Assembly (NCBI GenBank): GCA_964513995.1
Contig: CAZEOQ010000008.1
Span: forward strand, 8,759-72,758
Direction of reading: 5' to 3'
Source: an uncultured Desulfobacterales bacterium
GTDB taxonomy: Bacteria; Desulfobacterota; DSM-4660; Desulfatiglandales; JALVZP01
DNA: 64,000 nucleotides
Positions within the stretch are counted from its first letter, which is position 1. Every line of letters begins with the position of its first letter. The notes beneath the pieces were generated by a model. That model was not told the origin of the DNA. It did not search any database and worked only from the letters and a program-made list of their open reading frames with translations. The position numbers and the translations under genes were made by a program. This document shows, piece by piece, positions 17,107 to 29,287 of this stretch.

Positions 17107-18262
17107 GAAGTTTAAGATAAAATTCTTCAAGGCTCTTTGCAGCATCTTCTATAAGAAAATTCCTTAAAGCATATTCCCTTGCCTTTTTTCCAAAAGACCT
17201 TCTTTCTTCTTCATTTTCTATAAGTCTTTTCCATGCCTCTTTAAGTGAAATGATATCCTTTACTACAATTGCACTGTCTTTTACAATCTCTGGAAGCATT
17301 CCAAAATCAGATACAACACATGCCTTTCCCATAGCCATTGCCTCTCTAAGAGCCCTTGCAGTTCCATCAGATCCTGGCATAAGAAGAGTAAATATGTCCA
17401 TGCAGTTTATTGTATCAACATAATCTTCTCTTCTGTATCCTGCAAGTATGACATTTCTTTCTATTCCAAGTCTTTTTACTGGTCCTATAACCGTCTCATT
17501 TATCTTGCTTGATCTTCCTACAAGAAGAAAATATACATCACTTCTTTCTTCAAGGATAAGCTTTGCTGCTTTCAAAAACCAGTCCATCCTCCTGTATCTC
17601 TGAAATCTTGCAACAGTTCCAATAACTACTGCATCTTCTGGAATACAAAACTCTTTTCTCATATCCCTGAATCTCTTCTCAGGATTAAATCTTTCAAGAT
17701 CAATCGTCATTCTCTGAATGGCTGTCCTTTCTGGATCAAGACCAAATCTTTCTATGTATTCCCTTCTGAATCCTTCTGTAAAAAAGAGAAATCCGTCTGT
17801 ATGTCTCAGGAGCCATCTGTTAAAAAGATTCTCCTTCATAGGAACTCTTTTGTGAAATGTCCTTACAAGGACTGGTCTCTTTTTTCCAAGAAACATTGAA
17901 CAGATCGTTCCAATTGCATGATCATGAGATAGGTGCATGTGAACTATGTGAAATCTCTCTTTTTTAAGATATGCTGGAAGATAAATGAGATCTTTCAGGG
18001 TATTTATAAGACCTATGTTTCTGTCAAGACTGAATCTCGTAACCCCTTCTATACCTTCTTCTTTTACCTTTTTTTCAATCGTAAGATTCTCTGTCTTTAC
18101 AGGATCTTTCCTAAAAGCAATCTTTACATCATGTCCTCTTTCTTTAAGACCTCTGCATATCTGGAGCACAGGTTCTGCAGGACCTGTCCATCTCCAGTCA
18201 CTATAAAGATGAAGAACTTTAAGGGAAGATCTTTCCTGGATTGAGTATCCCATTTGGATCAA
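17075..18262 (-). CDS. Glycosyltransferase family 4 (GT-B, GT1/GT4-type)
   Basis: It has a GT-B architecture with an N-terminal WRWTGPAEP block and a C-terminal E(x7)E-like region (ALREAMAMGKACVVSD). The start is uncertain (M1 or M4). Confidence 0.75.
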   Translation of the reverse strand: MIQMGYSIQERSSLKVLHLYSDWRWTGPAEPVLQICRGLKERGHDVKIAFRKDPVKTENLTIEKKVKEEGIEGVTRFSLDRNIGLINTLKDLIYLPAYLKKERFHIVHMHLSHDHAIGTICSMFLGKKRPVLVRTFHKRVPMKENLFNRWLLRHTDGFLFFTEGFRREYIERFGLDPERTAIQRMTIDLERFNPEKRFRDMRKEFCIPEDAVVIGTVARFQRYRRMDWFLKAAKLILEERSDVYFLLVGRSSKINETVIGPVKRLGIERNVILAGYRREDYVDTINCMDIFTLLMPGSDGTARALREAMAMGKACVVSDFGMLPEIVKDSAIVVKDIISLKEAWKRLIENEEERRSFGKKAREYALRNFLIEDAAKSLEEFYLKLLKAYNMDQHQ

Positions 18263-19604
18263 AAAGCTTTTTTATTTTTTTCATAAAAGAAATTGCTTCT
18301 CCATGTTCTATCTTCATATACTTCCTTTTTCCAATCCCTACTCCATGTTCTCCAGTAGCTGTTCCTCCAAGAAGGATCGCCTTTTCTACTATCCTGTCCT
18401 TTATCTCCTCTATCCTTTTCCACTCCTCTTCATCCTTTTTTCCCATAAATGCAAGATGAAGATTTCCACTTCCTGCATGAGCAAATATATATGAAGGTAT
18501 CTTATATCTTTCTGTCTCCTTTTTTGCAAAAGATACGAGCTCTGGAAATGAGGATATAGGGACAGCAACATCAAGGACTGTATGAATCCTTCCAGGATTT
18601 GCCTTCCTTATTGATTCTCCAAGTGAATATCTTGCTTCCATAATCCTGCTGTATTCCTCTTTTTGAAGTCCTTTTCTGAAGCTTTTGCATCCAGAAGAAA
18701 AGCATATCTCAGAGCAGATCTCCATCTCTTCTTTTATCTGAGAGCTGCTTCCTCCATGAAGTTCAAGAAGGAGTGTAGGAAGGACTGAAAGACCAATTCC
18801 TTTTATCTTGTTTATAACCTTTATACACTCCTGATCCATTATCTCAAGACATGCTGGAATTATCCCTGCTTTTATTATCTGAGTTACTGCCTCTGCACAT
18901 TCTTCTATCTTTTCAAAAGAGGCTATAGCAGATCCTGTATATTCTGGAATCCCTCTAAGTCTTACAGTTGCTTCAACAAATATCCCGAGTGTTCCTTCTG
19001 AACCAACAAAAAGTCTCAGAAGATCATATCCAGATGAACTTTTATTTGCCCTTGTTCCAACATCTATTATACTTCCATCTGCAAGAACAACCCTCAGTCT
19101 CAATACATTATCCCTTGCAGAACCATACCTTAAACTCCTTATCCCACTTGCATTATTTGCTATTATTCCACCAATTGTTGCCCTTGCACCTGGATCTGGT
19201 GGAAAAAAAAGACCTCTGTGTCTCAGTCTATAATTCAGATCCTGATATATTACACCAGGCTGAACATCTGCCTGAAAGTCTTCTTCCCTTATTCTAAGGA
19301 TCCTGTTCATAAGAGTAAAATCAAGGACAATTCCACCAAAAAGAGGAATAGGATTTCCTTCAAGACTTGTTCCTGCTCCCCATGCAGTAACAGGAATCAT
19401 TTTTTTGTTTGCATAAGAAAGTATCTCTGATACTTCTTCTTCTTTTACTGGCCATATAACAACATCTGGAAGACTTTCCCTGTGATGTGATTGATCTAAG
19501 GAATGTAGCTTCAGATTTGACATACCTTGAGAAATCCTTTCTTTTCCAACTATCTTTGAAAGCCTTTTTATGTCTTCCCTGTCTATCTTTTTAAACCTCA
19601 TCAA
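18219..19604 (-). CDS. FAD-linked oxidase (GlcD / D-lactate dehydrogenase family)
   Basis: It has an FAD_binding_4-type N-terminal half (VTAWGAGTSLEGN) and a C-terminal GTATGEHGVGIGKRKYM block typical of GlcD/Dld. Confidence 0.8.
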   Translation of the reverse strand: MMRFKKIDREDIKRLSKIVGKERISQGMSNLKLHSLDQSHHRESLPDVVIWPVKEEEVSEILSYANKKMIPVTAWGAGTSLEGNPIPLFGGIVLDFTLMNRILRIREEDFQADVQPGVIYQDLNYRLRHRGLFFPPDPGARATIGGIIANNASGIRSLRYGSARDNVLRLRVVLADGSIIDVGTRANKSSSGYDLLRLFVGSEGTLGIFVEATVRLRGIPEYTGSAIASFEKIEECAEAVTQIIKAGIIPACLEIMDQECIKVINKIKGIGLSVLPTLLLELHGGSSSQIKEEMEICSEICFSSGCKSFRKGLQKEEYSRIMEARYSLGESIRKANPGRIHTVLDVAVPISSFPELVSFAKKETERYKIPSYIFAHAGSGNLHLAFMGKKDEEEWKRIEEIKDRIVEKAILLGGTATGEHGVGIGKRKYMKIEHGEAISFMKKIKKLFDPNGILNPGKIFP

Positions 19605-20688
19605 AGATAAACCTTCTTATCCTTATACTCATAAGAATTCCTGCTGATATCATTGAAAAAAGAAGAGAAGATCCTCCATAGCTCATAAAAAGAAGAGGTG
19701 TTCCTACAACAGGAAGTATTCCTGTAACCATTCCTATGTTTATAAAGATCTGCCAGAATATCATACAAGTTATGCTAATTGCAAGATATCTTCCAAATCT
19801 GTCTTTTGAAGTCTTTGCTATATCTATTCCCTTAAGGACAAGAAGGGTATAAAGAGAAAGGAGAAAAAGTGAACCAAAAAATCCCCATTCTTCTGCAAAT
19901 ACAGAAAATATAAAGTCTGTATGCTGTTCTGGAAGGAAATGAAGTCTTGTCTGTGTCCCTTTCATATATCCTTTTCCAAAGAGCATACCAGATCCTATAG
20001 CAATCTTTGACTGTGTTATGTGATATCCTGCTCCAAGAGGATCAGAATCTGGATCTATAAAAGCCATTATTCTTTTTTTCTGATATTCCTTCAGATTCAT
20101 CCACAAGAAAGGACTTAGCAGAAGTGAGGATAATATTAAAAAAACGAGTGTCCTTTTTCTTATTCCTGCAATAAGGATCACATTGAATGAAAATATAAGG
20201 ATTATGATGGCTGTTCCTAAGTCTGGTTCTTTTAAGATAAGAAGAGAAGGGAAGATTATAAGAAGAAGAAGTTTCCAAGATTCCTTCAGTCCATACTCCT
20301 TTCTTGAATCTTCACTGAAAAAACTAGAAATAGTTATTGCCAAAGACAGCTTTGCAAATTCTGATGGCTGAAAAGAAAAAGGACCAAATCTTATCCATCT
20401 TTGAGAACCAGATATTACCTTTCCCAGAACAAGGACTGCTATAAGCAATATGATGGATAAGATGTAGATATAAGGACTCCATCTTTTAAGTATCCTGTAA
20501 TCAGAAAGGCTCGTGATAAAAAAGCAAAAAAATCCAAGTATATACCAGCATATGTGTCTCTTAAATATTGTCTCTGATACAGACCTCGTTGCACTATACA
20601 TGTTGATTATACTTATTGCTGATATTGCCAGAAGCAAAAGAAAAAATGATGTATCAAAGTTCTGGAAGATCCTTCTTTCTGAAAACAC
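19591..20688 (-). CDS. rodA: Rod shape-determining protein RodA (SEDS family)
   Basis: This is a 10-TM SEDS protein with FQPSEFAKL and TDFIFSVFAEEWGF motifs, located downstream of mrdA. Confidence 0.85.
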   Translation of the reverse strand: MFSERRIFQNFDTSFFLLLLAISAISIINMYSATRSVSETIFKRHICWYILGFFCFFITSLSDYRILKRWSPYIYILSIILLIAVLVLGKVISGSQRWIRFGPFSFQPSEFAKLSLAITISSFFSEDSRKEYGLKESWKLLLLIIFPSLLILKEPDLGTAIIILIFSFNVILIAGIRKRTLVFLILSSLLLSPFLWMNLKEYQKKRIMAFIDPDSDPLGAGYHITQSKIAIGSGMLFGKGYMKGTQTRLHFLPEQHTDFIFSVFAEEWGFFGSLFLLSLYTLLVLKGIDIAKTSKDRFGRYLAISITCMIFWQIFINIGMVTGILPVVGTPLLFMSYGGSSLLFSMISAGILMSIRIRRFIFDEV

Positions 20689-22387
20689 GAAAATACTCCT
20701 TTATAATTTCTCTTGCAACAGGAGCAGCACTCTCTCCTCCATGTCCTCCATTTTCTATAATAACAACCACTACAACAGTTGGATCTTCTGCAGGTGCTAT
20801 TCCAACAAACCAGGCATGATCTTTTATACTTATCTCCTCATCTCTTCTGTGTTCTATCAGTTGAGCTGTCCCTGTCTTTCCTGCAACAGTTATTCCTCTT
20901 ATCCTTGCTCTTCTTCCAGTCCCATTAGCTTCATTTACAACGGCTACAAGAGCTTTTCTTATCTCTCTCACATGTCTTTCATCTAAGTTGAGTCTTCTTT
21001 TTATCTCTGGTCTGAATCTGTAAAGGACTTTTCCATCAGCTGTCTTTATAAGCCTTGTTATTCTGGGCTTATAAAGGATTCCACCATTAAAAAGTGCTGA
21101 ATACATTACTGCAATCTGTATAGGAGTTACTAAAAGATAGCTCTGACCAATGGACACAGAAAGTGTTTCTCCTGATTGCCAAGGAATACCAAACCTCTTT
21201 TTTTTCCATTCAGCTGTAGGAACAATCCCCTTTTTTTCCCCTCCTATATCAATCCCTGTCTCTTCTCCAAGTCCAAACATCTTTGCATAATAGGCTATCT
21301 TTTTTATGCCTAACATCTTTCCTAAGTTGTAAAAATAAATATCACACGACTCCTTTATTGCCCTATGAAGATTTACATTTCCATGCCCTCCTTTTTTCCA
21401 GCACCTGTATTCCCTGTCTCCATAAAAGAAGGATCCTTTACAGAAAAAAGTTTTTTTTGGTGTTATTATTCCTTCCTTAAGTCCTGCATATGCAACAATG
21501 ACCTTAAACAGAGATCCAGGAGGATAAAGCCCACTTATTGCCCTGTTTTGAAATGGACAGTCTTTTGAATTTCTGAGTCTATTCCATGTCTTTATGTCTA
21601 TTCCATCTATAAAGAGATTTGGATCAAATGAAGGACTGCTTGCTATTGCAATTACTTCTCCATCTTTTGGATTCATCACAACAATAGCTCCTTTTTTTCC
21701 TTTAAGAAGCTGCTGAGCCTTTTTCTGAATCCTGATGTCTATATTCAAATAGACATCTGCTCCTGGAACAGGCAATCTCTTTGATATAACTTTTACTGTT
21801 CTTCCTACTGCATCTGCTTCTATCTGCATTCCACCAGGAATCCCTTTCAAAAATTTATCCCATCTTTTTTCTATTCCACATCTTCCCTTTCCATCAGAAG
21901 ACATATATCCAAGGACATGTGCCAGCATTTCATGATATATGTAATTCCTCCTTTCTTCTACTTTTATCATAACCCCTGGCAGAAGAAATATGTTGCTTTC
22001 TATCTTTGCTACTTCATCTAAAGTAAGCCCTTTTTTTATACAGACAGGTTTAAAGGGAAGTGTCTTTTTTTTGAAAAATATTTTTTTCAGTCTCTCTGAA
22101 GGAATGTCTATTATCCTTGAAAGCTTATTAAAAAGCTCAGAGACATCTGGAACCTCTTCTGGAATTACACACAGACTGTAAAATGGTCTGTTGTCAACCA
22201 GAACCATACCATTTCTGTCAAGGATCCTTCCTCTGTATGCAGGTATTTCTTTAAGTCTTATCCTGTTTTTTTCTGACTTTATCCTGTAAAGCTTTCCATT
22301 TATTACCTGAAGACAGAACAGTCTCACAGTAAGAATGAAAAAACAGACAAGGAAGAATATTTTCAGATAAAAGATTCTTTTCTGCAT
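20654..22387 (-). CDS. mrdA: Penicillin-binding protein 2 (elongasome transpeptidase)
   Basis: The transpeptidase motifs are PPGSLFK (SxxK), SCD (an SxN-like position) and KTGTAQ. It sits in an mreBCD-mrdA-rodA context. Confidence 0.9.
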   Translation of the reverse strand: MQKRIFYLKIFFLVCFFILTVRLFCLQVINGKLYRIKSEKNRIRLKEIPAYRGRILDRNGMVLVDNRPFYSLCVIPEEVPDVSELFNKLSRIIDIPSERLKKIFFKKKTLPFKPVCIKKGLTLDEVAKIESNIFLLPGVMIKVEERRNYIYHEMLAHVLGYMSSDGKGRCGIEKRWDKFLKGIPGGMQIEADAVGRTVKVISKRLPVPGADVYLNIDIRIQKKAQQLLKGKKGAIVVMNPKDGEVIAIASSPSFDPNLFIDGIDIKTWNRLRNSKDCPFQNRAISGLYPPGSLFKVIVAYAGLKEGIITPKKTFFCKGSFFYGDREYRCWKKGGHGNVNLHRAIKESCDIYFYNLGKMLGIKKIAYYAKMFGLGEETGIDIGGEKKGIVPTAEWKKKRFGIPWQSGETLSVSIGQSYLLVTPIQIAVMYSALFNGGILYKPRITRLIKTADGKVLYRFRPEIKRRLNLDERHVREIRKALVAVVNEANGTGRRARIRGITVAGKTGTAQLIEHRRDEEISIKDHAWFVGIAPAEDPTVVVVVIIENGGHGGESAAPVAREIIKEYFRVFRKKDLPEL

Positions 22388-22390
22388 GGT

Positions 22391-22786
22391 TTATCCAATC
22401 CTGTCAAGAAACACAGCAATAAAAGGAAAAGCTGCTGTTGTGAGAATGACATGAGAAAGAAAAAAGCTGTAATTTATAAAAATCCTGTGCAAGAAGAGGT
22501 ATATGAGTATAAAGAAAAGGAGAGTTTTTGCAATCAAGGTTACAGAAAAAAGGATCACAGAAATAAGTAATTCTTTTAAGTCAAATGCTTCTGAGAATAT
22601 ATCTGCCAGGATGCAGACAAAAAGATAAAGAAAAGGAGAGATTCCGTATATGCTACTTGAGTATATATCCATGATGATTCCCTGTAAAAATGCAAAAATA
22701 GCTGACATGTATCTTCTCTTTCTTGCTGAAAGATAAAATACTATAACTGCTACAAGGTCTATAATATGCTCTCCACACAGAAGCAC
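22391..22786 (-). CDS. mreD: Rod shape-determining protein MreD (probable)
   Basis: This is a small polytopic membrane protein lying between mreC and mrdA. The call is by position and hydrophobicity only. Confidence 0.55.
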   Translation of the reverse strand: MLLCGEHIIDLVAVIVFYLSARKRRYMSAIFAFLQGIIMDIYSSSIYGISPFLYLFVCILADIFSEAFDLKELLISVILFSVTLIAKTLLFFILIYLFLHRIFINYSFFLSHVILTTAAFPFIAVFLDRIG

Positions 22787-22800
22787 AAAAAAAGAAGTCC

Positions 22801-24662
<1,862 letters not shown>

Positions 24663-24682
24663 TTATCAGTATTTCTTTCAGC

Positions 24683-24711
24683 TTGACAAAAATATGTAAG
24701 AGTGGTTTTAT
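24683..24711 (+). promoter_or_regulatory. Possible sigma-70 promoter for rpmH-rnpA-yidD-yidC
   Basis: A perfect -35 TTGACA (24683-24688) is followed by a 17-nt spacer and then TTTTAT (4/6 to TATAAT), about 40 nt upstream of the rpmH ATG. The -10 assignment is ambiguous. Confidence 0.3.
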
Positions 24712-24748
24712 TTAATCTTACTAAATTCTTAGAAAGAGGGAAATATGT

Positions 24749-24886
24749 ATGAAAAGGATTTACAGAAATAGCAACCTCAAAAGAGCAAGGACACATGGTT
24801 TTAGGGCAAGAATGAAGACAAGAGGAGGAAGGAAAGTCCTCAAAAGAAGGAGAGCAAAAGGAAGATGGAGGCTTACTCCTATCTAA
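24749..24886 (+). CDS. rpmH: 50S ribosomal protein L34
   Basis: It is not in the ORF track because it is only 45 aa. The hand translation is [45 protein letters not shown]. It lies immediately upstream of rnpA. Confidence 0.9.
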   Translation: MKRIYRNSNLKRARTHGFRARMKTRGGRKVLKRRRAKGRWRLTPI

Positions 24887-24887
24887 C

Positions 24888-25241
24888 ATGGCTGTCTTTT
24901 CCTTTTCTAAAAAAGAAAGATTATTGAAGAGAAAAGATTTTGTCAATCTAAATAAAAGAGGTATGAGGATAAATACGGAAAATTTTCTGATAACTTTTGG
25001 AAAAAACAACATGCAGATAACAAGACTTGGTGTGTCAGTAAGCAGGAAGATAAAGAAAGCAGTAAGGAGAAACAGGATAAAGAGACTTATAAGGGAATTT
25101 TTCAGATTAAACAAGAGACACATTCCAAAGGGATATGATATACTGATAACAGCAAAGACTGATCTGAGCAGCTTTAAACTTAAGGATGTGGAAAAAGAAC
25201 TGAAGGAGGTATTGATTGAGAAAGCTCATCTTTTCTGTTAG
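24888..25241 (+). CDS. rnpA: Ribonuclease P protein component
   Basis: It has RLLKRKDF...[25 protein letters not shown] (the RNR motif) and follows rpmH. Confidence 0.9.
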   Translation: MAVFSFSKKERLLKRKDFVNLNKRGMRINTENFLITFGKNNMQITRLGVSVSRKIKKAVRRNRIKRLIREFFRLNKRHIPKGYDILITAKTDLSSFKLKDVEKELKEVLIEKAHLFC

Positions 25242-25446
25242 GTATATTCCGATTTTTTTTATACTGGTTTACAGAAATCTCATCTCACCTCTTTTTCCTG
25301 CAAGTTGCAGATTTTATCCAAGCTGTTCAAAGTATGCGATTGACGCTTACAGAAAATACGGAATAATAAAAGGAACAATATTGACTTTTAAAAGGATCTT
25401 AAGATGTCATCCTTTTCATCCTGGAGGATATGATCCTGTTTTGTAA
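25216..25446 (+). CDS. yidD: Membrane protein insertion efficiency factor YidD
   Basis: [27 protein letters not shown]...[16 protein letters not shown] is the canonical YidD sequence. Confidence 0.88.
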   Translation: MRKLIFSVRYIPIFFILVYRNLISPLFPASCRFYPSCSKYAIDAYRKYGIIKGTILTFKRILRCHPFHPGGYDPVL

Positions 25447-25472
25447 AACAAAAATGAAGGTGAGGAATTCTT

Positions 25473-27035
25473 ATGGAAAAGAGGGCTCTTCTTGCATTTA
25501 TACTCTCATTTATGGTACTTATTGGCTGGTCTTTGCTTTTTGCTCCAAAAGGAAACATTCCAGAGAAGAAAAAAATCCTGAAGAAGACAACAAAAAAGGA
25601 ATTACGACCTGTATTTTTAGAAAAAGAAAAAGAGATCATCGTAGATACTCCTCTTTACAGAATAAGATTCAGCAATATTGGTCCTTCTATAAAGCAGATC
25701 CAGTTAAAAAAATATTACAGAACAGCTGAAAAAGAATCTGGCTGGGTAAAACTTATACCATTAGAAGATATAAGACCTATAACCTTAGGAATAGATCTTG
25801 AAGAAAAAAGACCTCTTGTCTACAAAGCAAACAGAGATTTCTTAAAGATAACATCTAAGGAAAGAACTCTTGAATTCAGAGCAGATACAGAAGACTTTTC
25901 CATCTTAAAGCTTTTTAGATTCTATCCAGATTCATATAAGATTGATGTAAAAGTAGAAGTATCAAATCTGAAGAAGGAAAAAAAGGAGGGAGCTTTTTTT
26001 GTAAAGTTAAAAACAGTCATGCTTGATCATAAAAAAATAAAAGGCTATTCACACCTTGGACTCGTAAGTTTCATAAAAGGAGAACTGAAGAAGATCAAAT
26101 TAAAGGAAGGTGAAAGAAAGGTATTTTCAGGAGATGTAAAATGGCTTGCTTATGAAACTAAGTATTTTATCTCTGCTGTTATAACAAATACTGAAGGGAT
26201 TCTTCATGCAAAAAGATTCAAAAAAGGCATCCTTATGGCATATTATAAAGGAGGAGATTTCTCTCTTCCTCCAATGGGAAAGATAAGCCGCAGTTTTATC
26301 TTATATCTTGGACCAAAAGAGATAAATGTCTTGAAAAATATTGGATATCAGCTTGAAAGTGTAGTAAATTTTGGATGGACAGATTTTATAGCAAAACCAA
26401 TACTTTATCTTTTGAGATTCTTCTACAAGTATCTTCATAACTACGGATTAGCAATTATTCTACTTTCTGTTCTTATAAAGCTTATATTCTGGCCTCTTTC
26501 TAAAAAAAGCTATGAATCTATGAAAGAGATGCAAAGGATACAGCCTCTTATAGAAAGGATAAGAGAGAAGTATAAGGATGACAGGGAAAGGATGAACAGA
26601 GAACTCTTGAATCTATATAGGACATATAAAGTAAATCCTTTCAGTGGATGCCTTCCTATAATTATCCAGATCCCCGTATTCTTTGCATTATACAGGGTTC
26701 TTTGTGATGCAATAGAGCTGAGACATGCTCCTTTTATCCTCTGGATAAATGATCTTTCTGCACCTGACAGACTCTTCAGATTCCCATTTCAAATCCCTTT
26801 TATGGAACCTCCATATGGAATCCCTATGCTTACGCTTCTTATGGGAGCTACTATGTATATACAGCAGAAGATGAGTCCTCAACCAGGAGATCCTTCACAG
26901 GCAAAGATTATGATGCTTCTTCCTCTTGTATTTACTGTCATGTTTATCAACTTTCCTTCTGGACTTGTCCTTTATTGGCTTGTAAATAACATACTTTCCA
27001 TCTTCCAGCAGTATATGACACAAAAAGACAGATGA
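25473..27035 (+). CDS. yidC: Membrane protein insertase YidC
   Basis: It has an N-terminal TM segment, a periplasmic domain and the conserved C-terminal core (YGLAIILLSVLIKLIFWPL, GCLPIIIQIPVFFALY, PSGLVLYW). Confidence 0.9.
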   Translation: MEKRALLAFILSFMVLIGWSLLFAPKGNIPEKKKILKKTTKKELRPVFLEKEKEIIVDTPLYRIRFSNIGPSIKQIQLKKYYRTAEKESGWVKLIPLEDIRPITLGIDLEEKRPLVYKANRDFLKITSKERTLEFRADTEDFSILKLFRFYPDSYKIDVKVEVSNLKKEKKEGAFFVKLKTVMLDHKKIKGYSHLGLVSFIKGELKKIKLKEGERKVFSGDVKWLAYETKYFISAVITNTEGILHAKRFKKGILMAYYKGGDFSLPPMGKISRSFILYLGPKEINVLKNIGYQLESVVNFGWTDFIAKPILYLLRFFYKYLHNYGLAIILLSVLIKLIFWPLSKKSYESMKEMQRIQPLIERIREKYKDDRERMNRELLNLYRTYKVNPFSGCLPIIIQIPVFFALYRVLCDAIELRHAPFILWINDLSAPDRLFRFPFQIPFMEPPYGIPMLTLLMGATMYIQQKMSPQPGDPSQAKIMMLLPLVFTVMFINFPSGLVLYWLVNNILSIFQQYMTQKDR

Positions 27036-27709
27036 GGAGGAGTCGTATGGAGCCTGAAACATTTGAATTTGAAGGAAGGACAAAAGAAGAGGCAATAAAA
27101 AAAGCTTGTGAAAAGTTAAATGTGCCTGAAGAGAAATTAGAAGTAGAGGTAATAGAGCGTGGATCTTCAGGTATATTTGGGATTGTAAGGGCAAAAAAGA
27201 TAAGGATAAGAGTAAGGATAAAGGAAGATGGTCTTTCTGTTGCAAAAAAGACCTTAGAAGAGCTTTTAAAGCTTTTTCCTATGGAAAACTTTACTGTAGA
27301 AGCAGAAAGTTCAAATGGAAAAATTCTTCTTCAGATAAAAGGAGAAAAGGCTGGTATTATAATTGGTAAAGGAGGAAGGACTCTTGATGCTCTGGAGTTT
27401 ATAGTGAATAAGATAGTAAATAAAAAATTAGAAAAGAAATTTCGCATCGTTGTTGATTTTGAACAATACAGAAAGAAAAAAGAAGAGTATTTAAAAAAAT
27501 TAGCTCTTAGTTTGGCAGAAAGGGCAAAAAAGACAAAAAAACCAGCCTTGACAATCCCTTTAACTGCAAAAGAAAGAAGGATTATACATCTTGCACTTAA
27601 AGAAGACAGGATGCTGGAGACAAAGACAATAGGAGAAGGAGATTTGAAAAAAGTTATGATAATTCCAAAGTCTGCTAAAAGAAAAAAAGCTGATGAAGCT
27701 AGAAAGTGA
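27032..27709 (+). CDS. jag: Jag/KhpB-type RNA-binding protein (KH + R3H domains)
   Basis: It has a Jag_N-like start (EFEGRTKEEAIKKACEKLNV), a KH block (IIGKGGRTLDALEFI) and R3H (ERRIIHLAL). It lies in a yidC-jag-mnmE context. Confidence 0.8.
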   Translation: MRRSRMEPETFEFEGRTKEEAIKKACEKLNVPEEKLEVEVIERGSSGIFGIVRAKKIRIRVRIKEDGLSVAKKTLEELLKLFPMENFTVEAESSNGKILLQIKGEKAGIIIGKGGRTLDALEFIVNKIVNKKLEKKFRIVVDFEQYRKKKEEYLKKLALSLAERAKKTKKPALTIPLTAKERRIIHLALKEDRMLETKTIGEGDLKKVMIIPKSAKRKKADEARK

Positions 27710-29078
27710 AGATACAATAGCAGCTATCTCAACTCCTATAGGACAGGCTGGAATAGGGATAATAAGGATAAGTGGGCCTCTTTCTCTTTCCATTGCAAAG
27801 AAGATATTTAAACCAAAAAGAGATATAAAAGAATTTGAATCACATCGTCTTTACCTTGGGCATATATTTGATCCAGAGACAGGGGAGACTATAGATGAAG
27901 TCCTTCTTTCATACATGAAAGCTCCAAATTCTTATACAAGAGAAGATGTCGTAGAGATAAATTCTCACAGTGGTTATCTTGTCCTTTCAAAGATTCTTGA
28001 TCTTGTTATTTCTCAAGGAGCAAGACTTGCAAAGCCAGGAGAGTTTACATTAAGAGCATTTCTGAATGGAAGGATAGATCTTACACAGGCAGAGGCAGTC
28101 GTTGATCTCATAAATGCAAAATCAGAAAGGGGGCTTTATCTTGCAACATCTCAGCTTCAAGGAAGACTCAGAGATGAGATAGAAGGTCTGAAGGAGGAAA
28201 TAAAAGACATACTTTCCTATGTAGAAGTTGCTATAGACTTTCCTGAAGAAGAAGACGCAGAGATATCAAGAGATGAGATAGTAAAAAGGATAGAGGGTGT
28301 TATTCCTCATATAGAAGACATAATAAAGCTTCACAGTCAGAAAAAGATCTGGATAGATGGAATAAGCATAGTCATTGTTGGAAGGGTAAATGTTGGGAAA
28401 TCAAGTCTCATGAACAGACTTCTTAATGAAGAAAGGGCAATTGTTACGCCAATTCCTGGAACAACAAGAGACATAATAGAAAGCAATGTTCTTATAAATG
28501 GACTTCCTATAAGACTTATAGACACTGCAGGATTAAGGCAAGTAGAAGATGAAGTAGAAAAGATTGGTATATCTCTTACTACAAAAAAACTAAAAGAGGC
28601 AGATCTTGTCCTTGTAGTAATTGACCAGAGTCAGGGTTTAAAAAGGGAAGACATAGAGATAATTGAAATGAGTAAGGAAAAAAAAGCTATAATTGTCTTA
28701 AATAAAACAGATCTTCCTTCAAAGATAGCAGAAGATGATAAAAAGCTCTTAGAATCATATAGATTTCCGATTGTATGGATCTCTGCACTGAAAGGAGAAG
28801 GAATAGAAAACCTAAAAGAGGTTATATTTAATACAGTTGTAAAAGGAGTAGATCTTACAGAATCAGGAATTGCTCCAAACTTAAGGCATAAAAGGCTTCT
28901 TGAAGAGGCAAAAGAAGGATTAAAAAATGCATTGAAGCTTTTAAAAGAAGGTGGAACAATGGATCTGATAGCATTTGAAATAAGAACTTCACTGAATGCA
29001 CTTGGAGAAATAACAGGAGAGGTTACAACAGAAGACATCCTTGAAAGGATATTCAGTCAATTCTGCTTAGGGAAATGA
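27693..29078 (+). CDS. mnmE: tRNA uridine-5-carboxymethylaminomethyl modification GTPase MnmE
   Basis: It has DTIAAISTP...GIIRISG, the G domain GRVNVGKSSL / DTAGLR / NKTD, and the C-terminal FCLGK. Confidence 0.92.
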   Translation: MKLESEDTIAAISTPIGQAGIGIIRISGPLSLSIAKKIFKPKRDIKEFESHRLYLGHIFDPETGETIDEVLLSYMKAPNSYTREDVVEINSHSGYLVLSKILDLVISQGARLAKPGEFTLRAFLNGRIDLTQAEAVVDLINAKSERGLYLATSQLQGRLRDEIEGLKEEIKDILSYVEVAIDFPEEEDAEISRDEIVKRIEGVIPHIEDIIKLHSQKKIWIDGISIVIVGRVNVGKSSLMNRLLNEERAIVTPIPGTTRDIIESNVLINGLPIRLIDTAGLRQVEDEVEKIGISLTTKKLKEADLVLVVIDQSQGLKREDIEIIEMSKEKKAIIVLNKTDLPSKIAEDDKKLLESYRFPIVWISALKGEGIENLKEVIFNTVVKGVDLTESGIAPNLRHKRLLEEAKEGLKNALKLLKEGGTMDLIAFEIRTSLNALGEITGEVTTEDILERIFSQFCLGK

Positions 29079-29287
29079 GAAGATTTCTTCCTCTTATAAT
29101 CTGGTTTATCCTTTCTCTTTCACTTCTTTATTTTGTAAAAGATTACCTTATATACAAGTTCCCAAAATACAGCCAGCAGATACTAATCTTAGCTGTTACT
29201 GTTGTCCTTGTTTCTTACTTTATTGTCAAAGACTATGTCTTCTTTTATTCCAAAAAGAAGAAAAGTAGAAAGGAACATAGAAGCTGA
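29075..29287 (+). CDS. Hypothetical small 2-TM membrane protein
   Basis: Its ATG overlaps the mnmE stop (ATGA). It has two hydrophobic helices, each followed by VKDY, and a basic tail. It overlaps the 3' end of the opposite-strand MFS ORF by about 100 nt, so both may not be real. Confidence 0.35.
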   Translation: MRRFLPLIIWFILSLSLLYFVKDYLIYKFPKYSQQILILAVTVVLVSYFIVKDYVFFYSKKKKSRKEHRS